Shown here: positions 9,702-19,092 of the stretch, piece after piece | Position numbering within the stretch: position 1 is the stretch's first letter | Layout: every line of letters begins with the position of its first letter | Origin: Bacteroidales bacterium | Lineage (GTDB): Bacteria > Bacteroidota > Bacteroidia > Bacteroidales > JAIOZK01 | Direction: 5' to 3' | DNA: 64,000 nt | Assembly (NCBI GenBank): GCA_021740625.1 | Contig: JAIOZK010000004.1 | Coordinates: 100,316-164,315, forward strand | The notes under the pieces: model-generated | Databases searched by the model: none | Told to the model about the DNA's origin: nothing | Seen by the model: only the letters and a program-made list of their open reading frames with translations | Program-made: the position numbers and the translations under genes

Positions 9702-10931
9702 TTACTTAAAGTGACCCAAAATCAATTTCTTAATTTCATACATTAAATCGTGCATTAATAAATTTTGTTCATTAAAAGGCCCCATGTCATTGGGTCCTTT
9801 GGAAAAATTCCAGCAGTTGGTTAAAACAAAAACTGTAAAGTCGTTTGCCGGATCCGAATAGCATTTAACGGAAATGCCTGTGCCGTCGCCACCATGACCG
9901 TAGCCCAGTTTTTTATAATGGAATAGCCCCATTCCATAGCCGCATGAGTTGATTTGCGAAGTTGGTACACAAGCCATCATATAATTGGTTACATATGACA
10001 TTTTAATACCGGCTTCACCGCTGAGCAGCAGCTTATAAAATTTGCTTAAATCGCGGGGAGAGCTTATGATGTTTCCTTCACCAACATTCGCGGACATGTT
10101 TTGTCTGGTCAAATTAATACACTCTCCCGAAAGCCAGCCCCATGATTCAACAAAAGGTTCTGGAATCGATTGTTCATTGCCCATATCCGGGAAACTGGTT
10201 TCTTTTAATTCAAGGGGGATAATGAATTCATCCTCCATAAACTGACGGTACGGTTTTCCGCTTACCCTTTCAATTATTTTCGCCAGTAGTTGATAGCCGC
10301 TGTTGGAGTATGACCAATCTTCACCAGGCGCAAATTCATACTTTTGATGGTCGCTGATATAAGAAGTCATCAGGTCGATCGTTACTGTAAATTCGGGATC
10401 TTTTGAAAAGATGCTGTCTAGGAATCTGCTACCATCAGGCTGATTTATAAGATCATACACTCCTGCCGTATGGTTAAGCAACTGCCAAATCGTAATTTGG
10501 TCTTTGAAGGGAATATCATAGTCTTCGGTATCTGGCAAGTATGGAATTTCTTTACCAGGGATCGGTTCAATAACCAGAGAATCAAAATGAAGCAGTCCTT
10601 TTTGATAAAGTAAAACAATACCCGCAGCGGTGAAAGATTTTGTGGTGCTTTGTCCGCGAAAATGAGTAGCTTCTGAAAAGTTATCATCAATACCTTTATG
10701 GCCGAATCCGCTTTCATTGCCGTGAATAACCCGAATAGCAAAACCACCGGGAAAACCAGGATATGCTGACAGGTAATCAGAATAAGTCTGGTTTGCTATT
10801 GCCTGTACCTTTTCATTGAATACATTGTTATCAGGTTGAATATCATCCTCATTTTTTTGACATGCTGACAGGATCACAAAAGCAACCAGCAAATTGATTA
10901 ATAAAGATCTAGATAATGGTGTTTTCTTCAT
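9702..10931 (-). CDS. Serine hydrolase of the beta-lactamase / penicillin-binding fold (class C-like), lipoprotein
   Basis: 409-aa ORF with a lipobox (ILSAC), an SxxK motif (QSTTKSF) and a YSN motif (WSYSNSGYQ). Confidence 0.8.
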   Translation of the reverse strand: MKKTPLSRSLLINLLVAFVILSACQKNEDDIQPDNNVFNEKVQAIANQTYSDYLSAYPGFPGGFAIRVIHGNESGFGHKGIDDNFSEATHFRGQSTTKSFTAAGIVLLYQKGLLHFDSLVIEPIPGKEIPYLPDTEDYDIPFKDQITIWQLLNHTAGVYDLINQPDGSRFLDSIFSKDPEFTVTIDLMTSYISDHQKYEFAPGEDWSYSNSGYQLLAKIIERVSGKPYRQFMEDEFIIPLELKETSFPDMGNEQSIPEPFVESWGWLSGECINLTRQNMSANVGEGNIISSPRDLSKFYKLLLSGEAGIKMSYVTNYMMACVPTSQINSCGYGMGLFHYKKLGYGHGGDGTGISVKCYSDPANDFTVFVLTNCWNFSKGPNDMGPFNEQNLLMHDLMYEIKKLILGHFK

Positions 10932-11215
10932 ATTCTTATTTTTTCCCAGGTATCTCCGGAAAGTTTTTCCTGAATTTCAATCGTAATATTCTTAAATGCT
11001 AAACCGAAAATTTCAAATTTGGAGTTCAAAATTTTTAATTTGTTTTTGATAACGACCGTATTGTGTATCTTTCAAAAATACTAAATATCTCCTAAATTAT
11101 CAGCCTGCTATTTTTATTGGAATAATTCATTTTGAGGGCTTCCTCATTGTATACCTTTTTCAGCATGCAGAAAAGTCTTTCCTTATCAGGAAACTAGGTA
11201 TGGATCTTCAGAATA

Positions 11216-11390
11216 TCAGCTATTTTTCGAAACTTCACAACTTCATTTTTTGAAACGGCAAACTTTAAAAGACTGACTTATTATGATCACAATTTATCAC
11301 AATCCAAGATGCAAGAAATCCAGGGCAGGCCTGCAATACCTCGAAGACAAGGGGGTGGATTTTGAAATCAGGCAATACCTGAAAAAGCCC
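11216..11390 (+). repeat. Left copy of a 175-bp direct repeat (173/175 identical to 23062-23236)
   Basis: Base-by-base comparison finds mismatches only at 11230/23076 and 11348/23194. Confidence 0.95.
11283..11390 (+). pseudogene. Orphan 5' fragment (first 36 codons) of the ArsC/Spx-family gene
   Basis: MITIYHNPRCKKSRAGLQYLEDKGVDFEIRQYLKKP is identical to the start of the intact gene at 23129. It then diverges and stops at about 11460. Confidence 0.85.
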
Positions 11391-11622
11391 ATGAAAAGTA
11401 AGAAAATTGATAAGTATCTATTAATGTGCGGGATAGTTATATCCAGGAACATTAAAAAGTAGCGAAAATCGGACTTTTCTACCTCAATGTGTCCGCAAAA
11501 CAAAAAAATCATTTAAATTTGACTGTGCAGGAAATTAGTAACAGTTTTTTGTGACATCTGAAAGCGAAAAATGGTGACTTTATGGACACACTCTAACTTA
11601 TATACTATTGACTAGTTTTTCG

Positions 11623-13629
11623 ATGAGGTGGGTTTCTGGAATATTATTTTTCTTTCTCTTCCTATTGAGTATTGCAGCATATGCACAATATTCAGAACAA
11701 GAAGAAATTGACAGTTTGCAAAAATTGTTGAAAATAGTTCCCGCCGACCTTAAACCAGAAGTACTTATTAAAATCTCAAAAAAACTTGAAAAGGATAGCA
11801 ATCGTCTTGCTGAAGGTTATGTAAGGAAAGCACTTGAAATATCCTTGCATAATGAGAACATTGCTGATATTGCAAGATGCAGATACCAATTGGCACGCAT
11901 TAAAATACTGCAAGATTCAACAGTGATAGCCAAATCGATACTTAACAAATTGATCAGGGAAATAAACTCCCTTATGGTTGATAATGAGTATTTGGAAAAA
12001 ACTCTGAATCATTACCTGGGTTCATCTTACTTAATGCGATCGTATCTTTACTCGCAAAATTCACATGATAGTCTTAAAGCATCGATTTTGGATTTACAAA
12101 AGGCCCTCGCAAAATTGGATAAAAATCAGGACCCTTTTCTTTTTGCCCTGGCCAGTGGGCTTATAGCCGATTACTACTTACAGCTTGATATTTCAGATCA
12201 TGGCATAAAAAACTATAATCTGTCTCTAATGCTTTACGATTCAATTTCCGAAAAGTATTTCCTATTGCCTGTTTTGATTGAAAAAGAAAAAAAAAGATTT
12301 GATATTTTAAAAAACTATCGACAAGAATGCCTGTTTTGTGAGAATATCATAGAAGCTGATTTCAGAAGTAAAATTAAAACAAATTTGGGCTTTGCTCATT
12401 TAAAAGATGGACATCATCAGATCTCGCTTAGCTATTTTAAACAGGTTTTTAAAGATGCCATACAAGATAAAGACCGGCAACTGCGAATTTGCGCCTCAAT
12501 AAATCTGGCTTTATTCCATATGAAAACCGGGCAATATGATGAGGCAGAGAATCATTTATCCAATGCTATAGTCATTGCACGTGAAGAAGGCTTTCACAAT
12601 TTGGAAACACAAGCCAGCTTGAACCTGGTTGATGTATACCTTGCAACACAGAAATACGATCTTGCTCAAAACATGCTAAGCACCATCAATTCAATAATTA
12701 ATACAAATGATTTCAATTGTCTTTTATCGAATTACTATACCAAATTAGGGGATCTGTACTTTGAGCTTGACAATAGGGCAAAAGCACTGGAATGCTACAA
12801 AAAAACATTTGATTCACTTGTGGAAAATAGAAATTTCTATTATCAGGCTTTATTGGCAAACAAAATTCACAGTATTTACGAGCAAAGAGGTGATTACAGC
12901 AAAGCCATGAAATATTACAAGCTGTATATTACTGCAAATGATGCTCTTATTTCCTTTCAGGATAAGACATCCATTATTAAAGAAGAGATCAGGCTGGAAA
13001 TTGATAATGCAGAATCGGAATTGGGAATAATGAGAAAAAATGAGAAACTAGCCAGACTTGAGTTGAAGCGCCGAAATTTTTTAGCTACTGCTTTTTCTAT
13101 TGGTTTTGCCGTATTCTGCCTGCTTTTATTCTTTATCTGGATGTTGCGCACTAGAAAGAAAAAAGCATACAATAAGCTGATGGAAAAAAACATTGCGCTT
13201 TTGAAATCATCAGAAAACAACAAAAAGACCAAAAACGATACCGGAAAGAATTCTGATATAAATCCTGAACTGGCTTCAGAGCTAAAAAAAGGCTTCGAAA
13301 AATTCATCTACCAGCAAAAGATCTATCTTAAACCAAATATTTCTCTTGATTCATTGGCAAAAAAACTTAACACAAACTCAAACTATTTGTCCAGATATAT
13401 TAATCAAACTTATCAAACAAACTTTACCGGATACCTCAATCAACTCAGGATCAGGTATGCACAAAATTTGGTGACAAAGAAGGAGTTCCAAAATTTCTCC
13501 ATAGAAGGTTTGGCCAAAGAAGTAGGTTACAAATCAAAATCAGTTTTCAATGTTGCTTTTAAGAAATATACAGGTGTAACACCCTCATTTTATATTAATT
13601 ATATCAAAGATAAAGAAGCAAAGAAATGA
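11623..13629 (+). CDS. Transmembrane one-component regulator: N-terminal signal/anchor, TPR-like repeats, coiled coil, TM helix, C-terminal AraC-type HTH (module A, regulator 1)
   Basis: The ORF runs 11608-13629; the likely start is ATG 11623 (MRWVSGILFFFLFLLSIAAYAQ). There is a TM segment FLATAFSIGFAVFCLLLFFIWML. The C-terminus LSRYINQTYQTNFTGYLNQLRIRYAQNLV...GYKSKSVFNVAFKKYTGVTPSFY is an AraC/XylS HTH. Confidence 0.85.
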   Translation: MRWVSGILFFFLFLLSIAAYAQYSEQEEIDSLQKLLKIVPADLKPEVLIKISKKLEKDSNRLAEGYVRKALEISLHNENIADIARCRYQLARIKILQDSTVIAKSILNKLIREINSLMVDNEYLEKTLNHYLGSSYLMRSYLYSQNSHDSLKASILDLQKALAKLDKNQDPFLFALASGLIADYYLQLDISDHGIKNYNLSLMLYDSISEKYFLLPVLIEKEKKRFDILKNYRQECLFCENIIEADFRSKIKTNLGFAHLKDGHHQISLSYFKQVFKDAIQDKDRQLRICASINLALFHMKTGQYDEAENHLSNAIVIAREEGFHNLETQASLNLVDVYLATQKYDLAQNMLSTINSIINTNDFNCLLSNYYTKLGDLYFELDNRAKALECYKKTFDSLVENRNFYYQALLANKIHSIYEQRGDYSKAMKYYKLYITANDALISFQDKTSIIKEEIRLEIDNAESELGIMRKNEKLARLELKRRNFLATAFSIGFAVFCLLLFFIWMLRTRKKKAYNKLMEKNIALLKSSENNKKTKNDTGKNSDINPELASELKKGFEKFIYQQKIYLKPNISLDSLAKKLNTNSNYLSRYINQTYQTNFTGYLNQLRIRYAQNLVTKKEFQNFSIEGLAKEVGYKSKSVFNVAFKKYTGVTPSFYINYIKDKEAKK

Positions 13630-15644
13630 AGATTGCTTTCAGGCTTTCGTTTATTAAAAAACTTTTATGCAATGTTCTTTGTGTAATGATTATTTCATTG
13701 CTGTCTGGAAAAACACAAAATAACAAAAGTCTGCAATATACTTCGGATAGTTTACTCAGACTTTCCAACCTGGTTCAGAATGATCTCAAGCCTGAAGTTT
13801 ACATTGAACTATCTGACCTTTTTCTCGACTCTGATCCGGCCAGGAGTGACAGCTTTGCACTACTGGCTATGGATTGGGCCCAATATAACAAAAACCTTCA
13901 TGATCAATTAAAAAGCCAATTTCAATTAGGCAAAATAAAATACAGGCAGCAAAATTTTATGGCGTCGAAAGATATTTTCAGGGAATGGATTGTACGATTT
14001 GGTTCTGCAAACAAAGAATTAAGGAAATCAACATTATTAATGAAAAAGCATGCAGAAGCAAACATATATCTGGCTGACATTCTTGGTAGAAATTCTGACA
14101 GTCTTTCAACTGCCATTGGGTACTCATTTTCATGCAATGAAATAGCAAAGAATATTCAGGATTCCTTTCTAATTGCAAGAAGTTGCTATTCCATTGGTGA
14201 GATTTCACGTAAATTATTTATGGTTGAAAGGGCCAATAAATACTTTATTAAATCAGCAGAAATATTTGAGAACCTTAAGTTGGAAGAGTATTTAACTAAG
14301 GCATATTATGGTTTGGCCTTAAATGACCGAGAAAATCTGGAGTATATTTACAAAACCTTACGGCAATATGAGAAGCTTGGAGACTCCGCCGGTATGGGAA
14401 ATTTCCTTGTTAGTATTGCCTATATTTCAGCATCGGTAGTAAGTTTTGAGGAAGCTGTTGCTTATTATGAAAAGGCATTTGAAATCTTCAGAAAAATCAA
14501 AAACACAAGAGGCCAGGCCCATGCCAGATTCAATCTGGCCGGGCATTATCACCGCAATGGATATTTAGAAAAGGCATTGAACCTAAACGAGGAAAATGTT
14601 AAGTTTTGCCTGGAAAATAATGATAAGCTTTTTTTGGCCTATAGCCTGAAAGATCTTGCAAACGAGCATAATTTACTTGGCAGAAGAGATTCGGCCTACT
14701 ATTACTATTCAATTCTCGACACTGTTTCCAATAAGCTTGGAAATCGCACTCCTTATGTGAGATATTTATGTGGTTATGCACGTTTGCGATGGTTCGACGG
14801 CAAACATAAAGAAGCCTTAAAGTATCTCGATAAAGCAAGCCAGGAAATTGAAAAACATGGTGTTTATTATTTCAGAAGAAAAGTTGCGAGCTACCGGTCT
14901 AAAGCATATGCCGGATTGGGAGATTACGAAAATGCACTCAAATTTTACAAAAGGAGTATACATGTAAGAGATTCATTTTTTAGCCGAACCAGAATGGATA
15001 AATTAACATCACAGCAAATTAGGTATGAGGCAGAAGAAATACTAAGCGAGCTGGAAATGCTGGAAAAAGATCAAGCTTTGAAAAAGGCTGAAATAAAACA
15101 AAAGAAACAATTTGCTTCTTTTTTGGGATTGGGTATGATAATGGTACTCTTGCTTGGACTTTATGTGGTATCTCAATATAGAAAAACCAGGCTTGCATAT
15201 AACAGTCTTATGGAAAAGAACTTGAAACAGCTTGATGAAAAAAAACCCCGGCATATAAACGGGATTAATAATGGGTTGAATGAAAAAATCTTTAGGGAAA
15301 TCCAGGAATCTCTAAAAAAATGTATCAGGCAAAAAGTTTTTCTCCAACCTGATATCAGTTTAAAAAAATTAGCAAAGCTGATGAAAACCAACTCAGCCTA
15401 TTTATCAAAATTCATTAATTTGAAATATGCCAAAAACTTTACAGCCTTTATAAATGAACTTAGAATAGCTGAAGCGCAGAAACTTCTGAATAAGGATGAG
15501 TTTCAGAATTATACTGTTGAAGGAATAGCACAAGAGGTAGGCTTTAAAACAAAATCTGTCTTTAATACGGCTTTTAAAAAGAATACTGGTGTTACACCTT
15601 CATTTTATTTCAATTATCTGAAAGAAAAAAAGACAAAAACTTGA
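13626..15644 (+). CDS. Transmembrane TPR-AraC one-component regulator (module A, regulator 2)
   Basis: 672-aa ORF whose start overlaps the upstream stop (ATGA). It has a TM segment FASFLGLGMIMVLLLGLYVV and a C-terminal AraC HTH (GFKTKSVFNTAFKKNTGVTPSFY). Confidence 0.85.
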   Translation: MKIAFRLSFIKKLLCNVLCVMIISLLSGKTQNNKSLQYTSDSLLRLSNLVQNDLKPEVYIELSDLFLDSDPARSDSFALLAMDWAQYNKNLHDQLKSQFQLGKIKYRQQNFMASKDIFREWIVRFGSANKELRKSTLLMKKHAEANIYLADILGRNSDSLSTAIGYSFSCNEIAKNIQDSFLIARSCYSIGEISRKLFMVERANKYFIKSAEIFENLKLEEYLTKAYYGLALNDRENLEYIYKTLRQYEKLGDSAGMGNFLVSIAYISASVVSFEEAVAYYEKAFEIFRKIKNTRGQAHARFNLAGHYHRNGYLEKALNLNEENVKFCLENNDKLFLAYSLKDLANEHNLLGRRDSAYYYYSILDTVSNKLGNRTPYVRYLCGYARLRWFDGKHKEALKYLDKASQEIEKHGVYYFRRKVASYRSKAYAGLGDYENALKFYKRSIHVRDSFFSRTRMDKLTSQQIRYEAEEILSELEMLEKDQALKKAEIKQKKQFASFLGLGMIMVLLLGLYVVSQYRKTRLAYNSLMEKNLKQLDEKKPRHINGINNGLNEKIFREIQESLKKCIRQKVFLQPDISLKKLAKLMKTNSAYLSKFINLKYAKNFTAFINELRIAEAQKLLNKDEFQNYTVEGIAQEVGFKTKSVFNTAFKKNTGVTPSFYFNYLKEKKTKT

Positions 15645-15750
15645 TCCCGACGCTTTATCAACGGATCATTAGAGTTTTTCTTGTTGGCTGGACCATATTG
15701 TTTAACGGTATAATATACGGTCAGTCCGAAACAAAGGAAAGCTTTTCTCA

Positions 15751-15861
15751 TTTGCTCATGAAGTAGGATACAAAAGCAAATCGGTTTTCAATTCAGCTTT
15801 TAAAAAATATACCGGTCTCACACCTTCGTTTTACCTAAATTATTTGAAAGAAAACCAATGA
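15751..15861 (+). pseudogene. Remnant of a third AraC-type regulator (last 36 codons only)
   Basis: Translates to FAHEVGYKSKSVFNSAFKKYTGLTPSFYLNYLKENQ*, matching the C-termini of the four neighbouring regulators. No upstream ORF precedes it. Confidence 0.8.
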
Positions 15862-15929
15862 ATTTTTCACCAATTTTCCGTCAGGTGAGCACACATTGAT
15901 ATCTATTGTATGTTATTGTTATACTGGAA

Positions 15930-15978
15930 TTTACGCCTGTTTAAATTCATAAATCCATACATCAAAAACTTGATTTTG
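15930..15978 (+). promoter_or_regulatory. Conserved promoter-proximal motif, copy 1 (candidate operator)
   Basis: TTTACGCCTGTTTAAATTCATAAATCCATACATCAAAAACTTGATTTTG is shared with 22298-22340 (-) and 30899-30938 (-). Confidence 0.6.
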
Positions 15979-15993
15979 CACATTTCAGTATCC

Positions 15994-16001
15994 TACTTTT
16001 A
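15994..16001 (+). promoter_or_regulatory. -7-like box (TACTTTTA) for the module A structural operon
   Basis: Near match to TAnnTTTG, about 21 nt downstream of the TTG inside the conserved motif and 43 nt upstream of the ATG at 16044. Confidence 0.4.
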
Positions 16002-16043
16002 CCTCAGGAATTAAACAAATGAAAAACTAAACCAAATATAAGA

Positions 16044-16613
16044 ATGCAGAATCACAAGTACATATTTCTACTTTTCATTGTAGCAACGATATGTGCTTGT
16101 GATCTGCATTTAATACCTGAAAACAAATACCTTGGGAAATTACCAGGAATTGCAGCACGATATAAGCATGAAATAAATCAGCTTAAGAACGAAGCCGAAG
16201 CCACAGACGACTTGAACAAGGCATACAAACTGATGAAGCATGCAGAAAAAAAAGAAAAACAGGCAAACCGGGAAATTGAACAAAACTGGGAATTAATGTC
16301 AAAACCTGTCAACTTGGCTTTTGAGCAAAAATCAATGGGTGAATTTGAAATTACCGGTTTAAAAATTTCTGAAGCGAAATACAATTACCTGGTTCTTGTA
16401 GCCACAGCCATTATTAAAAAAGGTAATACTCGTTTATTTGCCAATATAGTTGCCATCGATAAAAACGGAAAAACCCTGGGTGAATCATCGGTACTAATTT
16501 CAGAAAGAAATCCAAAAAAAGGAAAAGAGTGCAGTTTTTATGGGAGTTTGAAAAACCTTGATCAATTAAGTAATTTCAGAAAAATCAGATTCTTTAAAAA
16601 GCAAAAGCCCTGA
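16044..16613 (+). CDS. Hypothetical lipoprotein (189 aa); no counterpart in module B
   Basis: Lipobox-like VATICAC, a charged coiled-coil-like N-terminal half and a beta-rich C-terminal half. Confidence 0.7.
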   Translation: MQNHKYIFLLFIVATICACDLHLIPENKYLGKLPGIAARYKHEINQLKNEAEATDDLNKAYKLMKHAEKKEKQANREIEQNWELMSKPVNLAFEQKSMGEFEITGLKISEAKYNYLVLVATAIIKKGNTRLFANIVAIDKNGKTLGESSVLISERNPKKGKECSFYGSLKNLDQLSNFRKIRFFKKQKP

Positions 16614-16671
16614 AATCATGAAAAATAACCAAAACCAATATTAATATAAATCAAACTAAAATTTTAAAATT

Positions 16672-17082
16672 ATGAAAAAATTAAACATTTTATTCGGGAC
16701 ATTAATTGCAATTTCAATCCTTTTTTTTGCTGCCTGTGGCGGTGGCGGAGCCTCAGGAAATTCTCCCTCGGGAGTGGTAGACGAATATTATGATGCATTC
16801 CAATCAGGTGACTATGAAGGCATGGTTATGCTGTTTGAAGGCAGTGAATCCTTATCAGCCGACAAAATCAAAAAGAATGCTGAGATGTTCAAAATGGGTG
16901 AATCCCAGTTAGAAGCCAGGGGAGGTATCAAAAAATTCACAGTAACTGAAGAAGAAATCAATGATGCCGGTGATGCCGCCACATTAAAAATTAAAACCAT
17001 TTATGGAAATGGAGATGAAGCTGATTCGGAAATGAATCTGGTGAAAGTGAATGGCAAATGGAAATTTAAAAAGATGTTCTAA
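16672..17082 (+). CDS. Small lipoprotein, DUF4878-like (NTF2-like fold suspected)
   Basis: 136 aa with lipobox FFAACGGGG, GVVDEYYDAFQSGDYEGM near the N-terminus and VKVNGKWKF at the C-terminus. It is roughly 70 percent identical, by eye, to the product of 30418-30828. Confidence 0.8.
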   Translation: MKKLNILFGTLIAISILFFAACGGGGASGNSPSGVVDEYYDAFQSGDYEGMVMLFEGSESLSADKIKKNAEMFKMGESQLEARGGIKKFTVTEEEINDAGDAATLKIKTIYGNGDEADSEMNLVKVNGKWKFKKMF

Positions 17083-17100
17083 GCATTGCTTTGTTATAAA

Positions 17101-17134
17101 AGGGTGCGGGAAATTCTATTCTGCACCCTCTTTT
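17101..17134 (+). terminator. Hairpin plus T-tract after the DUF4878-like gene (possible attenuating terminator within the operon)
   Basis: AGGGTGC...GCACCCT followed by CTTTTAAA. Confidence 0.4.
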
Positions 17135-17147
17135 AAACAATAATTTT

Positions 17148-19034
17148 ATGCTGAAAAAGAAACATTACATATTATTTTTGAGTTTTATCCTTTGTGCATT
17201 TCTACCTCTGACGCAAAACAAAGCACAAAATATATGCTCTTACCGGGTTAACACCAACTTACACATTTATCAGATTGAAGGCTATGCTGCCAAAATCGAT
17301 CTTTCCCTAAATCCGCTTACTTACCCCGACACCATGAAAATAAACATCGTACAACACGATCCGGATGGAGAAGAATTGCTTGTAAAATCCTGGATCATTT
17401 ATCAAAAAGAAGAAATTAATGAATTCAATAAATCCACCCAAATACTGGTTTTTGAGGATATTGGTGGATCATTGAAAGCTTACGATAGCTGGAGGGCTTA
17501 TCAAAGCGGACTAAATGGAAAACAATTAATCAGGTGGGAAAAAAAGTCTTTCAGTGTGGAACTCAACATGACGGGTTATTTTACTGCCGACCTCTACCTG
17601 CTCAAAAATAACTCCTCATATAAAATTGCCGACAACTGGTTTCGCATTATCAGAAACAGCAATGGAACCGAAAAAAAGCCCTTGCTGGTGTCGAGCCAAT
17701 ATCTTTATATGATCGGAGATAGTGTAAAAGTTCATTATGCGTATTCTGATATGCCAAAGAACGCCATCATCAGGGTATACAAATACAATAAAGATGGCAA
17801 TGTTAAATATTACAAACGTGTAGCAAAAGGAAACAATTCATTCGAACTTTACAAGACGAATGTATCAGGAAGCGGTGATGGGACTTTCACCTTTTATCAG
17901 GCCGGCAACTTCGAAATCCGAGCTTACTTTTATAGTGATGATCCAAAAACAGTAGTGGCCGGTGAAAGATTTTACATCATGGAAAATCATCTTGCAGGAC
18001 ATGATATTCCGTACATTTCAACTTGTAAATATGTGAATACCATCACAGATGAGGACAATAGAATTAGGGTGATTTATAAAGGTTTTTCCGAAAATCCACT
18101 TGCAACTGTCCAAATGCAAAAATCAAAAGGGAATGGCGACAGTAAAACACTTGCCCATCAATTGCTTGGTGGAAAAGGAAAAACATATTTTAATTTACAT
18201 GGACCCGGAATTTACGAACTCAAAGTGTATTTTGAACAGGATAAAAAATACATAAGGACTGGTTGCAGGTTCTATGTTGAGCCTATACCAGGAACCCACA
18301 CTCCAAAGCCACGGGAAGACAAAAACGAGATTCCGAATTATACAGAGGCAATTCCAATTATTGAACCGGATTTTCCAACTTACTGTTTAAACGATGTAAT
18401 CAGAATGAATTACCACAGCCTTCCTCCCGGAAATAAGACAATTGAGCTTTTTTCGGGTCCGGATAGAGTTCAACTAAAATCTATCATTGAAAAAAATGGA
18501 TCCATCAGGTATTTAAACCTTAAGGAAGGGGTTTATAAAATGAATATTGTCGATTATAAAGGAAATCATATTACCCACAAAGAATTCAAAGTTTTTGATT
18601 GTAACAACGCACCTGAAAAGATAATTGAAACAAATCCAAAACAAAAACCCGAAATACCGGCATTTGATTGTCCTATGGTACACGACAACCAAATTCCTGC
18701 AAAAAGCTTTGCCAAAGAATTCATGCATTATTTTTATAATGATCACATTTGCTATTTGCAGGCAGGAATGGGCTTTGAGGCGTACAACAAGCTTTCAGAC
18801 AAAGAAAAGGAGCAATCACTTCAAATGGTCAAATTGCTGACACATAAAGTAAACACAAAATGGGGCGGACTGGATGAAATTATCAAAGTAAAAACATTGG
18901 AATCATCCAAAAACAAATATGTTTTTGAAATTATTATACGCTATAAGAATGGAAATACCGAAAAATTTGATGAGATAAGCGTTGAAAGGTATGGAAATTA
19001 TTGGCGGGGAAGCATGAATATAAAAGCATTTTAG
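17148..19034 (+). CDS. Secreted protein with about four Ig-like repeats and a C-terminal NTF2/DUF4878-like domain (628 aa); no counterpart in module B
   Basis: A signal peptide is followed by repeated blocks of about 90-110 aa that end in similar strands (FRIIRN, RFYIMEN, RFYVEP, FKVFD). The C-terminal 130 aa resemble the neighbouring small lipoprotein in pattern. Confidence 0.75.
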   Translation: MLKKKHYILFLSFILCAFLPLTQNKAQNICSYRVNTNLHIYQIEGYAAKIDLSLNPLTYPDTMKINIVQHDPDGEELLVKSWIIYQKEEINEFNKSTQILVFEDIGGSLKAYDSWRAYQSGLNGKQLIRWEKKSFSVELNMTGYFTADLYLLKNNSSYKIADNWFRIIRNSNGTEKKPLLVSSQYLYMIGDSVKVHYAYSDMPKNAIIRVYKYNKDGNVKYYKRVAKGNNSFELYKTNVSGSGDGTFTFYQAGNFEIRAYFYSDDPKTVVAGERFYIMENHLAGHDIPYISTCKYVNTITDEDNRIRVIYKGFSENPLATVQMQKSKGNGDSKTLAHQLLGGKGKTYFNLHGPGIYELKVYFEQDKKYIRTGCRFYVEPIPGTHTPKPREDKNEIPNYTEAIPIIEPDFPTYCLNDVIRMNYHSLPPGNKTIELFSGPDRVQLKSIIEKNGSIRYLNLKEGVYKMNIVDYKGNHITHKEFKVFDCNNAPEKIIETNPKQKPEIPAFDCPMVHDNQIPAKSFAKEFMHYFYNDHICYLQAGMGFEAYNKLSDKEKEQSLQMVKLLTHKVNTKWGGLDEIIKVKTLESSKNKYVFEIIIRYKNGNTEKFDEISVERYGNYWRGSMNIKAF

Positions 19035-19092
19035 CAGAATATAATATGGAAACGAAATACAATTTAATCATTAATCCCTAAAATCAATAATT

